This document shows, piece after piece, positions 1-8,360 of a stretch of 20,000 nt of DNA. How positions within the stretch are numbered: position 1 is the first letter of the stretch; the number at the start of each line of letters is the position of its first letter. The notes under the pieces were generated by a model. The model made no database searches. It was given only the letters and a program-made list of their open reading frames with translations, and was not told the origin of the DNA. The position numbers and the translations under genes are program-made. The DNA is from an uncultured virus (IMG/VR IMGVR_UViG_3300002175_000051) (taxonomy: Duplodnaviria; Heunggongvirae; Uroviricota; Caudoviricetes): IMG/VR virus record IMGVR_UViG_3300002175_000051. The stretch is one strand, 5' to 3'.

Positions 1-1329
1 CGCTTCAACCACGGATCCAACGTGCCGCTTAAAACCGGTGGCCAGAGGGTCGGCATTGTTACCGATAAAGAGGTCGGCAAAAAGAAGTTGCGCAAGATCG
101 ACCTTATGTATGAAACTAACGACATCATGAGCCACATCCATGCGTTTGTCGCTAACGAAATCGCTACCATCGAACCGGATTATAGCTGCTGCTATAGCCT
201 TGCGGAGTCTTACAAACAAAGCGAGCTTGTTGACATCAACGAATACGACAGGATCAAAGAAGAAGCGGCCGCCCTTGAGAGCGCCTATGCGTCCGACATC
301 AGGGCAATATTCTCGTCTCGCGCCCTTTCTAAGGAAGAGATGATGGGGCTGCGTAAAGAGGTCATTGCGGAGTATACGGACAAGCTTGCCGCTTTGTCAG
401 GCGACAGGTATAGCTTGGCACTTGCCGCCTATTGCGTAGGCGAAGAACGCCTGATGAGGAAAGGGCACAATAACCAAGGCATCAACAGCTTTGTGTTTAT
501 GTGCTGTTTTGACGGCATCCATGCGGTCGCTAAGAGCATCAGCAATACGGACTACCGTGTGCTGAGTATAAATGTGCCTCCCGATACGGCCCGCGTAGTA
601 GTGGAAGACGGCAAGTGCAGAGCCGAAGGCATCGGGCAGCCGTTCCTAGACAAGGTTTCCGGTATCGCCGATGGGCTGTATGAAGTCAACGGGACAACTA
701 ACGGCAGTGTAAAGCTTATCGTGCCTGTAATGAAGAAGGCCAATAAGAAGGCCGCCGAGGGCGAGTACAACATCAAGGTATCCTGGAAAACATCCGAGAT
801 TGCGGAAGGCGCCAAGGATTCCCGCTATGCCGTTACGCGTATGCAGGCCGAGGGAAGCGTGACAACCATCGCGCCGACAACCATGAATGGCAATTTGAAG
901 TATGTCCTCATGGTAAACGGCGAGTGGGTCGGTACAATATTCGACGCAGACAAAAACGTTTCCACTATGAGCGATATCGCCGCGCTTATCGGTAAAGAGC
1001 TTAAGTTTGTCTGCATCCCGGTATTCGGCAAAAGCAACACAGAATATTACACAAAGAAGGATGAAAATGGAAAGGAATTCAGGGTTTATCGCACCGCAAA
1101 CATCGTGACGTTCATTAATACCGGCAGGGATACCGGTTATGGCGTCATGGCTGAAACCGCTGGGGATAACATCCCTGGCGGTTCTTTTTTTATGGACGAT
1201 AATAATTCCAATTGGTATGCCGCCGATGAAGCCAATTACGAAGATATGGCCGCCGACATGGGCTATACGGTTGTCTTAACACAAGAAGAAATAGACGGGC
1301 TTGAAGATCTGTCTGCTTATGACTTCTAG
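1..1329 (+). CDS. C-terminal part of a large protein (5'-truncated by window edge); tentatively a YonO/cellular-RdRP-like single-subunit two-barrel RNA polymerase
   Basis: Frame is open from base 1 (RFNHGSNVPLKTG...), so the true start is upstream. Motif order KTG...YETNDIMSHI...EAAALESAY...LALAAY...SFVFMCCFDGI resembles RdRP-family C-termini. Acidic tail. CDS is confident, function is tentative. Confidence 0.4.
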   Translation, partial: RFNHGSNVPLKTGGQRVGIVTDKEVGKKKLRKIDLMYETNDIMSHIHAFVANEIATIEPDYSCCYSLAESYKQSELVDINEYDRIKEEAAALESAYASDIRAIFSSRALSKEEMMGLRKEVIAEYTDKLAALSGDRYSLALAAYCVGEERLMRKGHNNQGINSFVFMCCFDGIHAVAKSISNTDYRVLSINVPPDTARVVVEDGKCRAEGIGQPFLDKVSGIADGLYEVNGTTNGSVKLIVPVMKKANKKAAEGEYNIKVSWKTSEIAEGAKDSRYAVTRMQAEGSVTTIAPTTMNGNLKYVLMVNGEWVGTIFDADKNVSTMSDIAALIGKELKFVCIPVFGKSNTEYYTKKDENGKEFRVYRTANIVTFINTGRDTGYGVMAETAGDNIPGGSFFMDDNNSNWYAADEANYEDMAADMGYTVVLTQEEIDGLEDLSAYDF

Positions 1330-1346
1330 GATCTGCGCTTTGCTAG

Positions 1347-1368
1347 GGCTTACGGGATCCCGTAAGCC
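1347..1368. repeat. Perfect 22-bp palindrome GGCTTACGGGATCCCGTAAGCC just after the ORF1 stop
   Basis: Read directly; no U-tract follows. Confidence 0.9.
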
Positions 1369-1424
1369 TTCGGTATCATTCCTATCCTGTACCTTCGGTA
1401 TCATTCCTATTCCGTCCCTTCGGT
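1367..1424 (+). repeat. Direct repeats with 25-bp period (CCTTCGGTATCATTCCTAT at 1367 and 1392; CCTTCGGT at 1417)
   Basis: Read directly. Confidence 0.85.
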
Positions 1425-1445
1425 GTACCCAGCCTAGATAGACGC

Positions 1446-1472
1446 GGCGGCAAAGCCGCCTTATGCGCGAAA
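1446..1472 (+). promoter_or_regulatory. Hairpin motif copy 1 (GGCGGCAAAGCCGCC-N7-CGAAA)
   Basis: One of five copies; ATG at 1498 is 38 nt after the hairpin end. Confidence 0.75.
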
Positions 1473-1497
1473 TAATAAAATCCAAAGGGGTGTCTAT

Positions 1498-1755
1498 ATG
1501 TACAAGGTTATAGGGAAGCACCGTTATTACGATGTCAGCGATGTTTTGGTTGACCGATACTTAAGTGAGAAAGACGCCACCCAGCTTGCCAATGATATAA
1601 ACGAGAGAATTTCACTCTGGGCTGAAGACGACCCGTATCATTACGTGGCCGTAGCAGACAACACGGACGAATGCTCTGGTGATTGCGCTGGTTGCGTGGA
1701 CGGCGGTTTCTTAGGGGCCGCCGACGGCTCATGCGCCATTTACCGCAAAGATTAA
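1498..1755 (+). CDS. Small acidic protein with Cys cluster (CSGDCAGC)
   Basis: RBS AAAGGGG, 85 aa, followed by a terminator. Confidence 0.8.
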   Translation: MYKVIGKHRYYDVSDVLVDRYLSEKDATQLANDINERISLWAEDDPYHYVAVADNTDECSGDCAGCVDGGFLGAADGSCAIYRKD

Positions 1756-1759
1756 TACC

Positions 1760-1788
1760 GCCGGGGGTTTTATGCCCCGGCTTTTTTT
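1760..1788 (+). terminator. Intrinsic terminator
   Basis: GCCGGGG/CCCCGGC stem followed by T7. Confidence 0.85.
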
Positions 1789-1826
1789 AAAAATTAAATT
1801 TTGATCTAAAATATAGGGGGTTTATT

Positions 1827-2357
1827 ATGTTCAAGAATACTTGGAACGCGTTAAAAAGTGATTTATCCGGTATTAAAGATAGCGCTGGCCCTGCCATTAC
1901 AAAAGCTAAAATCAGCGCTTTGCAAAAGACCTCGGATTTATTAGGTATGGCTTCCGAAAAACTGGACAATATCGCCTCCGGGGTCAAAGAGTTCAAATAC
2001 AGCGTCCTGCAATTTGACTATAGCAAGCACGAGGATTTATTCTTTACGGTCATGTTCCTATGTGATTTAAACGTAATACAAAATGAGATGCTTAAGCGCA
2101 CGTATGAAATCACTGCTACCGGATCCGTAAAGGCCGAGTCCGAAGAGGACGCGCTTGAAGTTATTTTCGCGAAAGAGAACGGCGCGCACGAAGAGTATAG
2201 CCGTAGCGAGACCTTGCTTCATTCGGTATCCGTCGGGGATCTCGTTTTAATGAATAGAAAGATATTTGTTTGCCGGCCTACCGGATGGGCGCGCATCGAT
2301 GCTGAGGCCCACCAGGAGAGCATCCTTAATAGGAGGGTTATGTATACCGGCAGTTAA
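1827..2357 (+). CDS. YodL-like domain protein with N-terminal amphipathic extension
   Basis: LEVIFAKENG...HSVSVGDLV...FVCRPTGW matches the YodL-like pattern (LE.IF..FN...SLSVSDVV...YYVD..GF); RBS AGGGGG. Confidence 0.6.
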   Translation: MFKNTWNALKSDLSGIKDSAGPAITKAKISALQKTSDLLGMASEKLDNIASGVKEFKYSVLQFDYSKHEDLFFTVMFLCDLNVIQNEMLKRTYEITATGSVKAESEEDALEVIFAKENGAHEEYSRSETLLHSVSVGDLVLMNRKIFVCRPTGWARIDAEAHQESILNRRVMYTGS

Positions 2358-2375
2358 TTTTAATTAAAACCTTAC

Positions 2376-2412
2376 GGCTTCGCTGAATTTATGGCGAAGC
2401 CATTTTATTTTT
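2376..2412 (+). terminator. Intrinsic terminator
   Basis: GGCTTCGC/GCGAAGCC stem with T-rich tail. Confidence 0.75.
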
Positions 2413-2434
2413 GAATGTGAGGGGTGTCCCGGTT

Positions 2435-2578
2435 ATGGACTGTAAAGGCATTTTCTGCGAGATGTGTTTCGAATGCAAAAGTTATGTTGTCACTGACACG
2501 GAAGATGTAATCTGCACGCTCTGGAACCCGGAAAATCCGGAGGCGGATTATTTAATCATTAAAACTAAAAGCGCATAG
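2435..2578 (+). CDS. 47-aa Cys-rich miniprotein (MDCKGIFCEMCFECKSY...), not in ORF track
   Basis: RBS GAGGGG, ATG 2435, TAG 2576-2578 overlapping the next RBS. Confidence 0.7.
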   Translation: MDCKGIFCEMCFECKSYVVTDTEDVICTLWNPENPEADYLIIKTKSA

Positions 2579-2588
2579 GGGGTTTATT

Positions 2589-2786
2589 ATGAAGATATTA
2601 AAGGCGTGTATTACAATGGCCTTTTGGGCTACAGGCATGTGTTTTACCGTGAACGGGTATAAGAATTATTACAGTGGGGACACAGAGGCCGCCAACTCCA
2701 ATTTTAAAAAATCATATTTCTTCCATGTGCCGGCCATCATTTTAGGCTGTGCCGGATGGAACGTTAAAAATGCATTAGCGAAATAA
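2589..2786 (+). CDS. Small putative membrane protein
   Basis: RBS AGGGGG; two hydrophobic segments. Confidence 0.7.
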   Translation: MKILKACITMAFWATGMCFTVNGYKNYYSGDTEAANSNFKKSYFFHVPAIILGCAGWNVKNALAK

Positions 2787-2811
2787 TTTATTTACATTAC
2801 CTATGAGACAG

Positions 2812-2868
2812 ATGCCCGCGCTGCCGATACCGGACAATCATCCGGGCCGGCGCGGGCATATATTTTTT
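2812..2868 (+). terminator. GC-rich long hairpin / terminator
   Basis: ATGCCCGCGC...GCGCGGGCAT followed by a T-rich tail. Confidence 0.7.
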
Positions 2869-2894
2869 ATTTCCCCTGCGGGGCTTATTAGGGG

Positions 2895-2973
2895 TATCTG
2901 ATCGACGTGGGCATATCTGATCGACGTGGGCTTTTTATTGCCAGATCGGCCTGGCCCTCTAATCGACGTAGCC
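2895..2973 (+). repeat. 18-bp tandem repeat TATCTGATCGACGTGGGC x2 (2895, 2914) plus a degenerate third copy (2958-2973)
   Basis: Read directly. Confidence 0.85.
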
Positions 2974-2981
2974 GGAGTATA

Positions 2982-3006
2982 TTAATAATCCGTATTGGAT
3001 TATTAA
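2982..3006. promoter_or_regulatory. Inverted repeat TTAATAATCC-N5-GGATTATTAA, probable TA autoregulatory operator
   Basis: Perfect 10-bp arms immediately upstream of the antitoxin RBS; Phd-family antitoxins bind such palindromes. Confidence 0.6.
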
Positions 3007-3024
3007 ATTCCGGAGATGATCGGT

Positions 3025-3357
3025 TTGATAATAAAGCCCAGCAGCGATTTAAGGAAGAATTACAATAGCGTAGCGCAGGTAGCCATAGAGACAGGCGAAC
3101 CCATATTTTTGACCCTAAACGGCGAGGGCCACACGGTACTTCAAAGCGTCACGGCCTTTAATAAACGCGATGAAAATTTAAAGATAGCGGAACAATTAAT
3201 AGCCGCGGAACGCGGCCGCGCAGCGGCCGCCATATTTAATGGACCAGAAAACTGTGTCCGCTATGGACACAGTATCCCGGATTTTGAGCGTGCGGTAAAA
3301 TCCGGGATAGAGGGGGAGGGGCTGCCGGAATATGATCAGCTTTCTCTTGACGATTGA
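3025..3357 (+). CDS. Type II antitoxin, Phd/YefM family
   Basis: IIKPSSDLRKNYN...GEPIFLTLNG...VLQS is the typical Phd N-terminus. TTG at 3025 follows GGAG; ATG 3016 is an alternative start. Confidence 0.85.
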   Translation: MIIKPSSDLRKNYNSVAQVAIETGEPIFLTLNGEGHTVLQSVTAFNKRDENLKIAEQLIAAERGRAAAAIFNGPENCVRYGHSIPDFERAVKSGIEGEGLPEYDQLSLDD

Positions 3358-3649
3358 CCCTAATGTAACGGAGTCCATGGTTACGCATTTCAAAAAGGTC
3401 GCGGGCAAAAATAAGGCGGCCGCATTAAACCTATTGGCAGAGTTAATATCGGATCTAAATTTAATTCTAAACAACCCGTTCGACCGGCCGCCATATAACG
3501 GCCCGTACATACCCATAGGCAAATACGCGTACGTACTATCAAATAAATCGGCGCGCTACAAAATTATTTATCAAGTAGAAAAAAATAATGCCGAAGGCGC
3601 GTTCCGCATATATGTTGACTGCATATTGGACACGCTGTATATAAAATAA
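3332..3649 (+). CDS. Type II toxin, RelE/ParE family (divergent)
   Basis: Overlaps the antitoxin; L..NPF.RP...Y.IIYQV....IYVDCILD pattern. Confidence 0.7.
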   Translation: MISFLLTIDPNVTESMVTHFKKVAGKNKAAALNLLAELISDLNLILNNPFDRPPYNGPYIPIGKYAYVLSNKSARYKIIYQVEKNNAEGAFRIYVDCILDTLYIK

Positions 3650-3687
3650 TGTATGTGGATCTACCATATGCGTGTATACCCCCTTCC

Positions 3688-3734
3688 CTTTAGTGCAATG
3701 CCCGGCCGGCTGATCCTACTTCCCGGCCGGGCAT
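3688..3734. repeat. GC-rich inverted repeat (AATGCCCGGCCGG...CCGGCCGGGCATT)
   Basis: 13-bp perfect arms downstream of the TA pair. Confidence 0.75.
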
Positions 3735-4316
3735 TCCCTATTTTAGCATACCCTCCAAATGGGCTGAAAATAGCGATCTCGGTATTTTGCCCGAAATGCT
3801 TGATAAACGCTTGGTTTGCCCATACAAACGGTTCAAAACCGTGCGCAAATGGCAGGAATGTTTATGGTTTTGGCGGGTTATATGCGCAAAAGCCGCGAAA
3901 TCTTCGCGGCGGGGCGATGGCAGTCCCGTTGTCTCTTTTATGCCCTATTTTTAGCATTTCCGGTTATTCCGATTGACCTTCGGGGAAATTTAATTTATTA
4001 TAGACCTAGTTTACCTAATGATAACGGTTACTGTTTTATTATACGTAATTCCCTTATTTCCCGTGGTTTATATGGTTATAGTTTTTCTTTCTTAATGCTT
4101 TTCGATAAATTTTCATTTACAGGATATACGGTTTTATTTATGTGTGTTTTTGGTATTTTATCCTTTAAGGTTTATAAATATTGATTTATAGACCTTTTTT
4201 ATTAAAAATTTATTTAATCAAACTACATAGTATAGTGTGTATTCTTTGATTTGCTTAGAGCTTACAGTGAAATATGCGTTTGGCTTCAATTTATATTTTC
4301 GTTGGGGAGGTTTTAC

Positions 4317-5033
4317 GTGAGCAATTCTAATCAGGATGTCAATTCTTTATTTACCGGGCTGCCTCCTGGGTATAGTTATAGGCTTGACAAGACGTTTACG
4401 TATAGCAATGGGTATGCCTCCTACCGTGTCATATTAATAACGCCTGAGGGCAAGGAAATCCCTCTTGTTGGCGAGAACGACAGCCCAATAAGTTTTCCGA
4501 ATGCTCCGGGCAGTGTTTATTCGTTGAGAAGTGTTTGTGATACGTTAATCAAAATGGAAATAGGGTCAGGCGAAGCGTATTATTATCATGTCCACGGATA
4601 CGGGGAGCGTACCGGAGAGTATCTCAACGCCTGTAAAGAAGATCTATTATTGAGCGATATAACCGTTACCGGAGACTTGTCTGATTTTAATGACGGATGG
4701 ACTCAAATAGACGGCGGGTTTAACCAAAACGAAATATTTATTAAGCCTGAAAGCCCGTTCCATTATATCGCGGCCTTTCAGGTAAGGGCGGATAATGATA
4801 CAACATTAGAATATCGTTATACGTTTAACAAACGTCCGACTATTGATAATGTAATGACCGCGCAGTTAATCTATAATATCCAGAAGGATTTCAGGCTGGG
4901 CAAATATACCGAGAGTTATTTTTGCTGGGAGTGCGGAAATAAGGTAATGAATTGGATCGACACAGACGGCGGGCTGAGGGAGAAATGGGACTGCCTGAAA
5001 GAGAAATACTGCGGGTGTAAAAAGTATGTTTGA
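4317..5033 (+). CDS. Hypothetical protein with C-terminal Zn-binding motif (CWECG...KYCGC)
   Basis: GTG at 4317 after GGGGAGG; in frame with the track ORF 4251..5033. Confidence 0.8.
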   Translation: MSNSNQDVNSLFTGLPPGYSYRLDKTFTYSNGYASYRVILITPEGKEIPLVGENDSPISFPNAPGSVYSLRSVCDTLIKMEIGSGEAYYYHVHGYGERTGEYLNACKEDLLLSDITVTGDLSDFNDGWTQIDGGFNQNEIFIKPESPFHYIAAFQVRADNDTTLEYRYTFNKRPTIDNVMTAQLIYNIQKDFRLGKYTESYFCWECGNKVMNWIDTDGGLREKWDCLKEKYCGCKKYV

Positions 5034-5059
5034 TTAGGATGCGTTATGTTACATAAAGG

Positions 5060-5781
5060 GATTGAACAATACGTTATATTTCCTTAACGTGCGAACAATC
5101 TTTCTTTATTGAGTAAAATTCTCCTTAACGTGCGTTATCCGCGTTTTGCTGGCGGTAACTCAATATAAAAAACTCGAAAAAAGCTTAAACGAAAGCAAAG
5201 GAGTCCAATCTGAAATATGAGATCAAAAAATAAAAGAAAGGAGGGGCTAACTAAAAGGTCTGCCTGTATAGAAAAGAATGTACTTAGAGTGCAGAAATTT
5301 ATATGACGCACTTTCAAGGTATAGACAGGAATAGCCAGGTATCTGGCATGATTAAGGATAATGATCTGTCTAAAGCAATTGCCGGCCAGGGCTTCTATTA
5401 TTTCCGTAAATGGCTTGTATCTTGAATTCCCGTTTAACATAACGGGGATCAACTAAAAACCTTCAGGGATCGAACTAAGTATGGCCAACTGGTTCTATCC
5501 GAGCTGTAGAGCCTGCTGCATATGGAAAGATAAAAACTGTTCTCAGGCTAAAATATAGGGGTATGTCTGTGATTGTGGTAATCCGATAGATAGGGATTTA
5601 AACGCTGCCATCAACCTTGACAGATGCAGCTAATATAAAATAATTAAGCGAATGTACCGTAGGGTAATACGTGGAAACCTGGGGGCGCTAACTTATACTA
5701 AAGCAGCCATAGCAAAATCGGGTACGTTGAACCAGGTATACTCTAAATACATATTCTATATGTATTAGTTAGCAGAACAGG
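5060..5781 (+). mobile_element. Decayed non-autonomous IS607- or IS200/IS605-family element
   Basis: tnpB remnant plus about 150 nt of right end resembling an omega-RNA region (GTACCG...TTGAACCAGG), sub-terminal hairpin 5746-5766, ending in GG. Left boundary uncertain. Confidence 0.6.
5161..5633 (+). pseudogene. tnpB: tnpB pseudogene (frameshifts, stops, deletions)
   Basis: Translated fragments KKLEK/KLKRKQRS, IEKNVLRVQK, VSGMIKDNDLSKAIAGQGFYYFRKWL, GIELSMANWFYPS, YVCDCG, DRDLNAAINL (5589-5618). Confidence 0.9.
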
Positions 5782-6108
5782 ATGCCGAATAACAGAAGGC
5801 CAGAAGTAGTACGCGAAGACAAGGCTATGGATATAGCTAAATTAATAGACAGGGCCATGTTTGAAATTATAAAAGCTGAAATGACCGCCGAAGAGCTTGA
5901 GGGTAAATTCGATTCCGTATTGGGCGATTACCGGGGGCTCCCGACTGACGGAATTAAAAAAGCATTCATAGGCTTATGCAATTACATAAATCATTTCCGC
6001 CCGTGCCCGGAATGCTTTAAATGCGAACATTACAACAATGCGGACAATATTTGCCTTCTTGAGAAAGCGGGGTGCCTAGACAGGGCAGTTCATGCAGGCA
6101 TACTGTAA
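5782..6108 (+). CDS. Hypothetical protein with Cys cluster (CPECFKC...C....C)
   Basis: 108-aa ORF; the start may be ATG 5827. Confidence 0.65.
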   Translation: MPNNRRPEVVREDKAMDIAKLIDRAMFEIIKAEMTAEELEGKFDSVLGDYRGLPTDGIKKAFIGLCNYINHFRPCPECFKCEHYNNADNICLLEKAGCLDRAVHAGIL

Positions 6109-6146
6109 ATGAAACGGAAATGCCATTAATTTCCTCGAAATATTGT

Positions 6147-6175
6147 TTGACTAATTTTTAATATGGTTTTATAAT
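6147..6175 (+). promoter_or_regulatory. Sigma-A type promoter
   Basis: TTGACT-17-TATAAT. Confidence 0.8.
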
Positions 6176-6201
6176 GGATTTAATCATAATCAATATCATT
6201 T

Positions 6202-6238
6202 TGCCGAAGGCTTTTTATATGCCTCCGGTATTTTTTTT
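6202..6238 (+). terminator. Terminator-like hairpin between the promoter and the DUF2325 gene
   Basis: TGCCGAAGGC/GCCTCCGGTA stem (one mismatch) followed by T8. Confidence 0.6.
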
Positions 6239-6251
6239 GATATAGTGGTAC

Positions 6252-7739
6252 ATGCGTAATTTACATAAGAGAGATGGGTTTTTTAAAATGATGATTGAAG
6301 GCTCTGTATCAACAACCGACATGATATATTTCGTAGCGGAGGCAATGGCCCTTGACCCCTCGCACCTTAAAGAGCTTGACGACCTTTACCAGATGAACAA
6401 GCTTTTATTTAATAAAGCCGCAATGACTTCTAAATATTACGACAGTTTCATAATAAAGCAAAATTCAATCGTAAAAATGGAGTATACCCGGAAAGCGCTG
6501 GGCATCCTTACGTATACGATGGATCATGCGGGGGAGCCTTGCGAATATTACCAGAACCTAATTGAATTTATTAAAAAATCCTACCCGTACGCATTCCAAT
6601 ACGTAAAAAATACCGAACAGGTAAGCTTTGACGATTTTATTTTCCGCTTTGTAAAAAAGAAAAAGGGTATAGGGAACGTATCGGACGACGAGCTTAACAG
6701 CACGCTCGTGATGCTCGTGTACCTATGCAAGTGCTTCGAGAAAGATATCCCCAATGACTTTACGTTATGCACGCTTATGGAAGACTATGTGATGTCAAGG
6801 ATTGAGCTGTGCGGCGAGGGGGTAAACAGCGCCCTGCATTCCGACGCCCTTAACAAGGTCGCAAGGATCATAATTAAAAAGTATTGTGAGGGCTATTCTG
6901 TTGACGGGATAAACAACGGGGAGTTTTTGCGCGAGCTGGGCGATGACCATACCAGAAGGTTTTTTGTCCTATTCGATTTTATACCAATTGACATAGTTTC
7001 CCTTATAGAGTCAACGTCATACGACAAAGACATTTTAATGAACATCGTAAAAGGCTATATCTGCTATAAAGAGATAGACGGCAATGAAAAAATAGACGGC
7101 ATAGACGTGCGCGACCTCCGTGAGTACATTGTGTACGGGGCCCTTTACTATAAGCTCGCCCAGGCATACGGCGAGGTACGCGACTATTATTTCAAGAACA
7201 ATAAAGAGACGCTGCTGCTTGAGATTGAAAACGTAAAAAAAGGCATAGCCGAAATAGAATTAAAATACAAGAATTTAAACGGCGCCAAGAAGGACACGGA
7301 AGCTAGGCTTATTGAGGCGGAGCGCGTAAACAAGAGGCTCCGCAAAGAGGTAATGGAGCTTAAAAGGAACCAGACGGACTTGGCCGGCCTCCGGAAGCTC
7401 GCCTTCTCATTGAAGTCAGACGAAATAGTCGAGCCGAACGAACCTGTGCGCTTTGATTCCCTCAAAGGCGTCAAGGCCGTCATAGTTGGCGGCCAGGATA
7501 GCTGGCAAGCGAAGATGAAAGAGCATCTGCCGGACTGCGTATTTATCGGGATAGGCGCGGAAAAATTTGACGTGCGGCTGCTTAGCGGCTGCCGGGACAT
7601 ATTTTTAAACACCAGGCACATGACCCATAAATTATACTATAGGGTCATCGAGAACCTGGACAAGGGCGCCCGCGTACATTATTTCAGCCGGGACAATATT
7701 CATTTGTGTTTGATAGATATAGCGAACTCAAAAAGCTAG
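6252..7739 (+). CDS. Helical/coiled-coil protein with C-terminal DUF2325-like domain
   Basis: VIVGG..W...MK...D+IFLNT.HM.H.LYY.V motif after a long coiled coil. Confidence 0.75.
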   Translation: MRNLHKRDGFFKMMIEGSVSTTDMIYFVAEAMALDPSHLKELDDLYQMNKLLFNKAAMTSKYYDSFIIKQNSIVKMEYTRKALGILTYTMDHAGEPCEYYQNLIEFIKKSYPYAFQYVKNTEQVSFDDFIFRFVKKKKGIGNVSDDELNSTLVMLVYLCKCFEKDIPNDFTLCTLMEDYVMSRIELCGEGVNSALHSDALNKVARIIIKKYCEGYSVDGINNGEFLRELGDDHTRRFFVLFDFIPIDIVSLIESTSYDKDILMNIVKGYICYKEIDGNEKIDGIDVRDLREYIVYGALYYKLAQAYGEVRDYYFKNNKETLLLEIENVKKGIAEIELKYKNLNGAKKDTEARLIEAERVNKRLRKEVMELKRNQTDLAGLRKLAFSLKSDEIVEPNEPVRFDSLKGVKAVIVGGQDSWQAKMKEHLPDCVFIGIGAEKFDVRLLSGCRDIFLNTRHMTHKLYYRVIENLDKGARVHYFSRDNIHLCLIDIANSKS

Positions 7740-7746
7740 TATGAGT

Positions 7747-7775
7747 TTGCTTCCGTTAAATTTTTATGATATCCT
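7747..7775 (+). promoter_or_regulatory. Sigma-A type promoter of the BrnT operon
   Basis: TTGCTT-17-TATCCT with extended TG. Confidence 0.6.
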
Positions 7776-7792
7776 AGTGAAGGAGGCCGTTT

Positions 7793-8107
7793 ATGAGAGA
7801 TTATAAAGACTATAAATACACTTGGGATCCTGATAAAAATAGGAAAAATATTGATAGACATAGAGTCTCATTCTCAGAAGCAAAGACTGCGTTCTTCGAC
7901 AAAAATGTTGTTACAATTAAAGATTTAACGCATTCAACACATGATGAAGATAGATTGTTAATAATTGGCAACAGCAGGAAATCTCAAATTTTGTTAGTTT
8001 GCTTTTGTATTAGATATGAAGATACAATAAGAATATTTTCCGCAAGGGTAGCAGGGCCGGATTGGGTACAAGTATATGAGAACGGAGGTCTTGATCTATA
8101 TGAGTAA
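7793..8107 (+). CDS. brnT: BrnT family ribonuclease toxin
   Basis: WDPDKNRKNIDRHRVSFSEA...HS..EDR..IIG.....LLVC...IRIFSAR; RBS AAGGAGG. Confidence 0.92.
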   Translation: MRDYKDYKYTWDPDKNRKNIDRHRVSFSEAKTAFFDKNVVTIKDLTHSTHDEDRLLIIGNSRKSQILLVCFCIRYEDTIRIFSARVAGPDWVQVYENGGLDLYE

Positions 8108-8360
8108 TTCACAATTAGATTATCAAAGGAAATATATTACAAAAGAAGAGGTCAAGCATTTTGGGGACGAAAAAATATTTGCAGTAACCAGATACTATGA
8201 TTTAACAAAAGAAACTGAAGAAGACGAGCTTCGGGATATTATTGAATATGATGTTGATGTTATAAGGGAACTGCTCTTTAATAAATTCAAAGACATACCG
8301 CGTGGGGAGCAATATAATAAAAAGATGAACGAAATTTTTAACTATCTAAAAATATGTTGA
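8100..8360 (+). CDS. Unknown 86-aa protein inserted between brnT and brnA
   Basis: GGAGG then ATG 8100; overlaps both neighbouring genes. Confidence 0.75.
   Translation: MSNSQLDYQRKYITKEEVKHFGDEKIFAVTRYYDLTKETEEDELRDIIEYDVDVIRELLFNKFKDIPRGEQYNKKMNEIFNYLKIC

Noticed and set aside
1367..1424. CRISPR array
   Set aside because: Only 6-nt gaps between repeats, three degenerate units, and no cas genes.
3653..4184. Track ORFs 3653..3976 and 3816..4184
   Set aside because: No RBS, atypical composition, and they run through inverted repeats and the T-rich tract.
5030..5160. IStron (group I intron fused to IS)
   Set aside because: Too short, and no recognisable group I core upstream of the tnpB remnant.
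5135..5452. Minus-strand 105-aa ORF
   Set aside because: Antisense shadow of the tnpB pseudogene.
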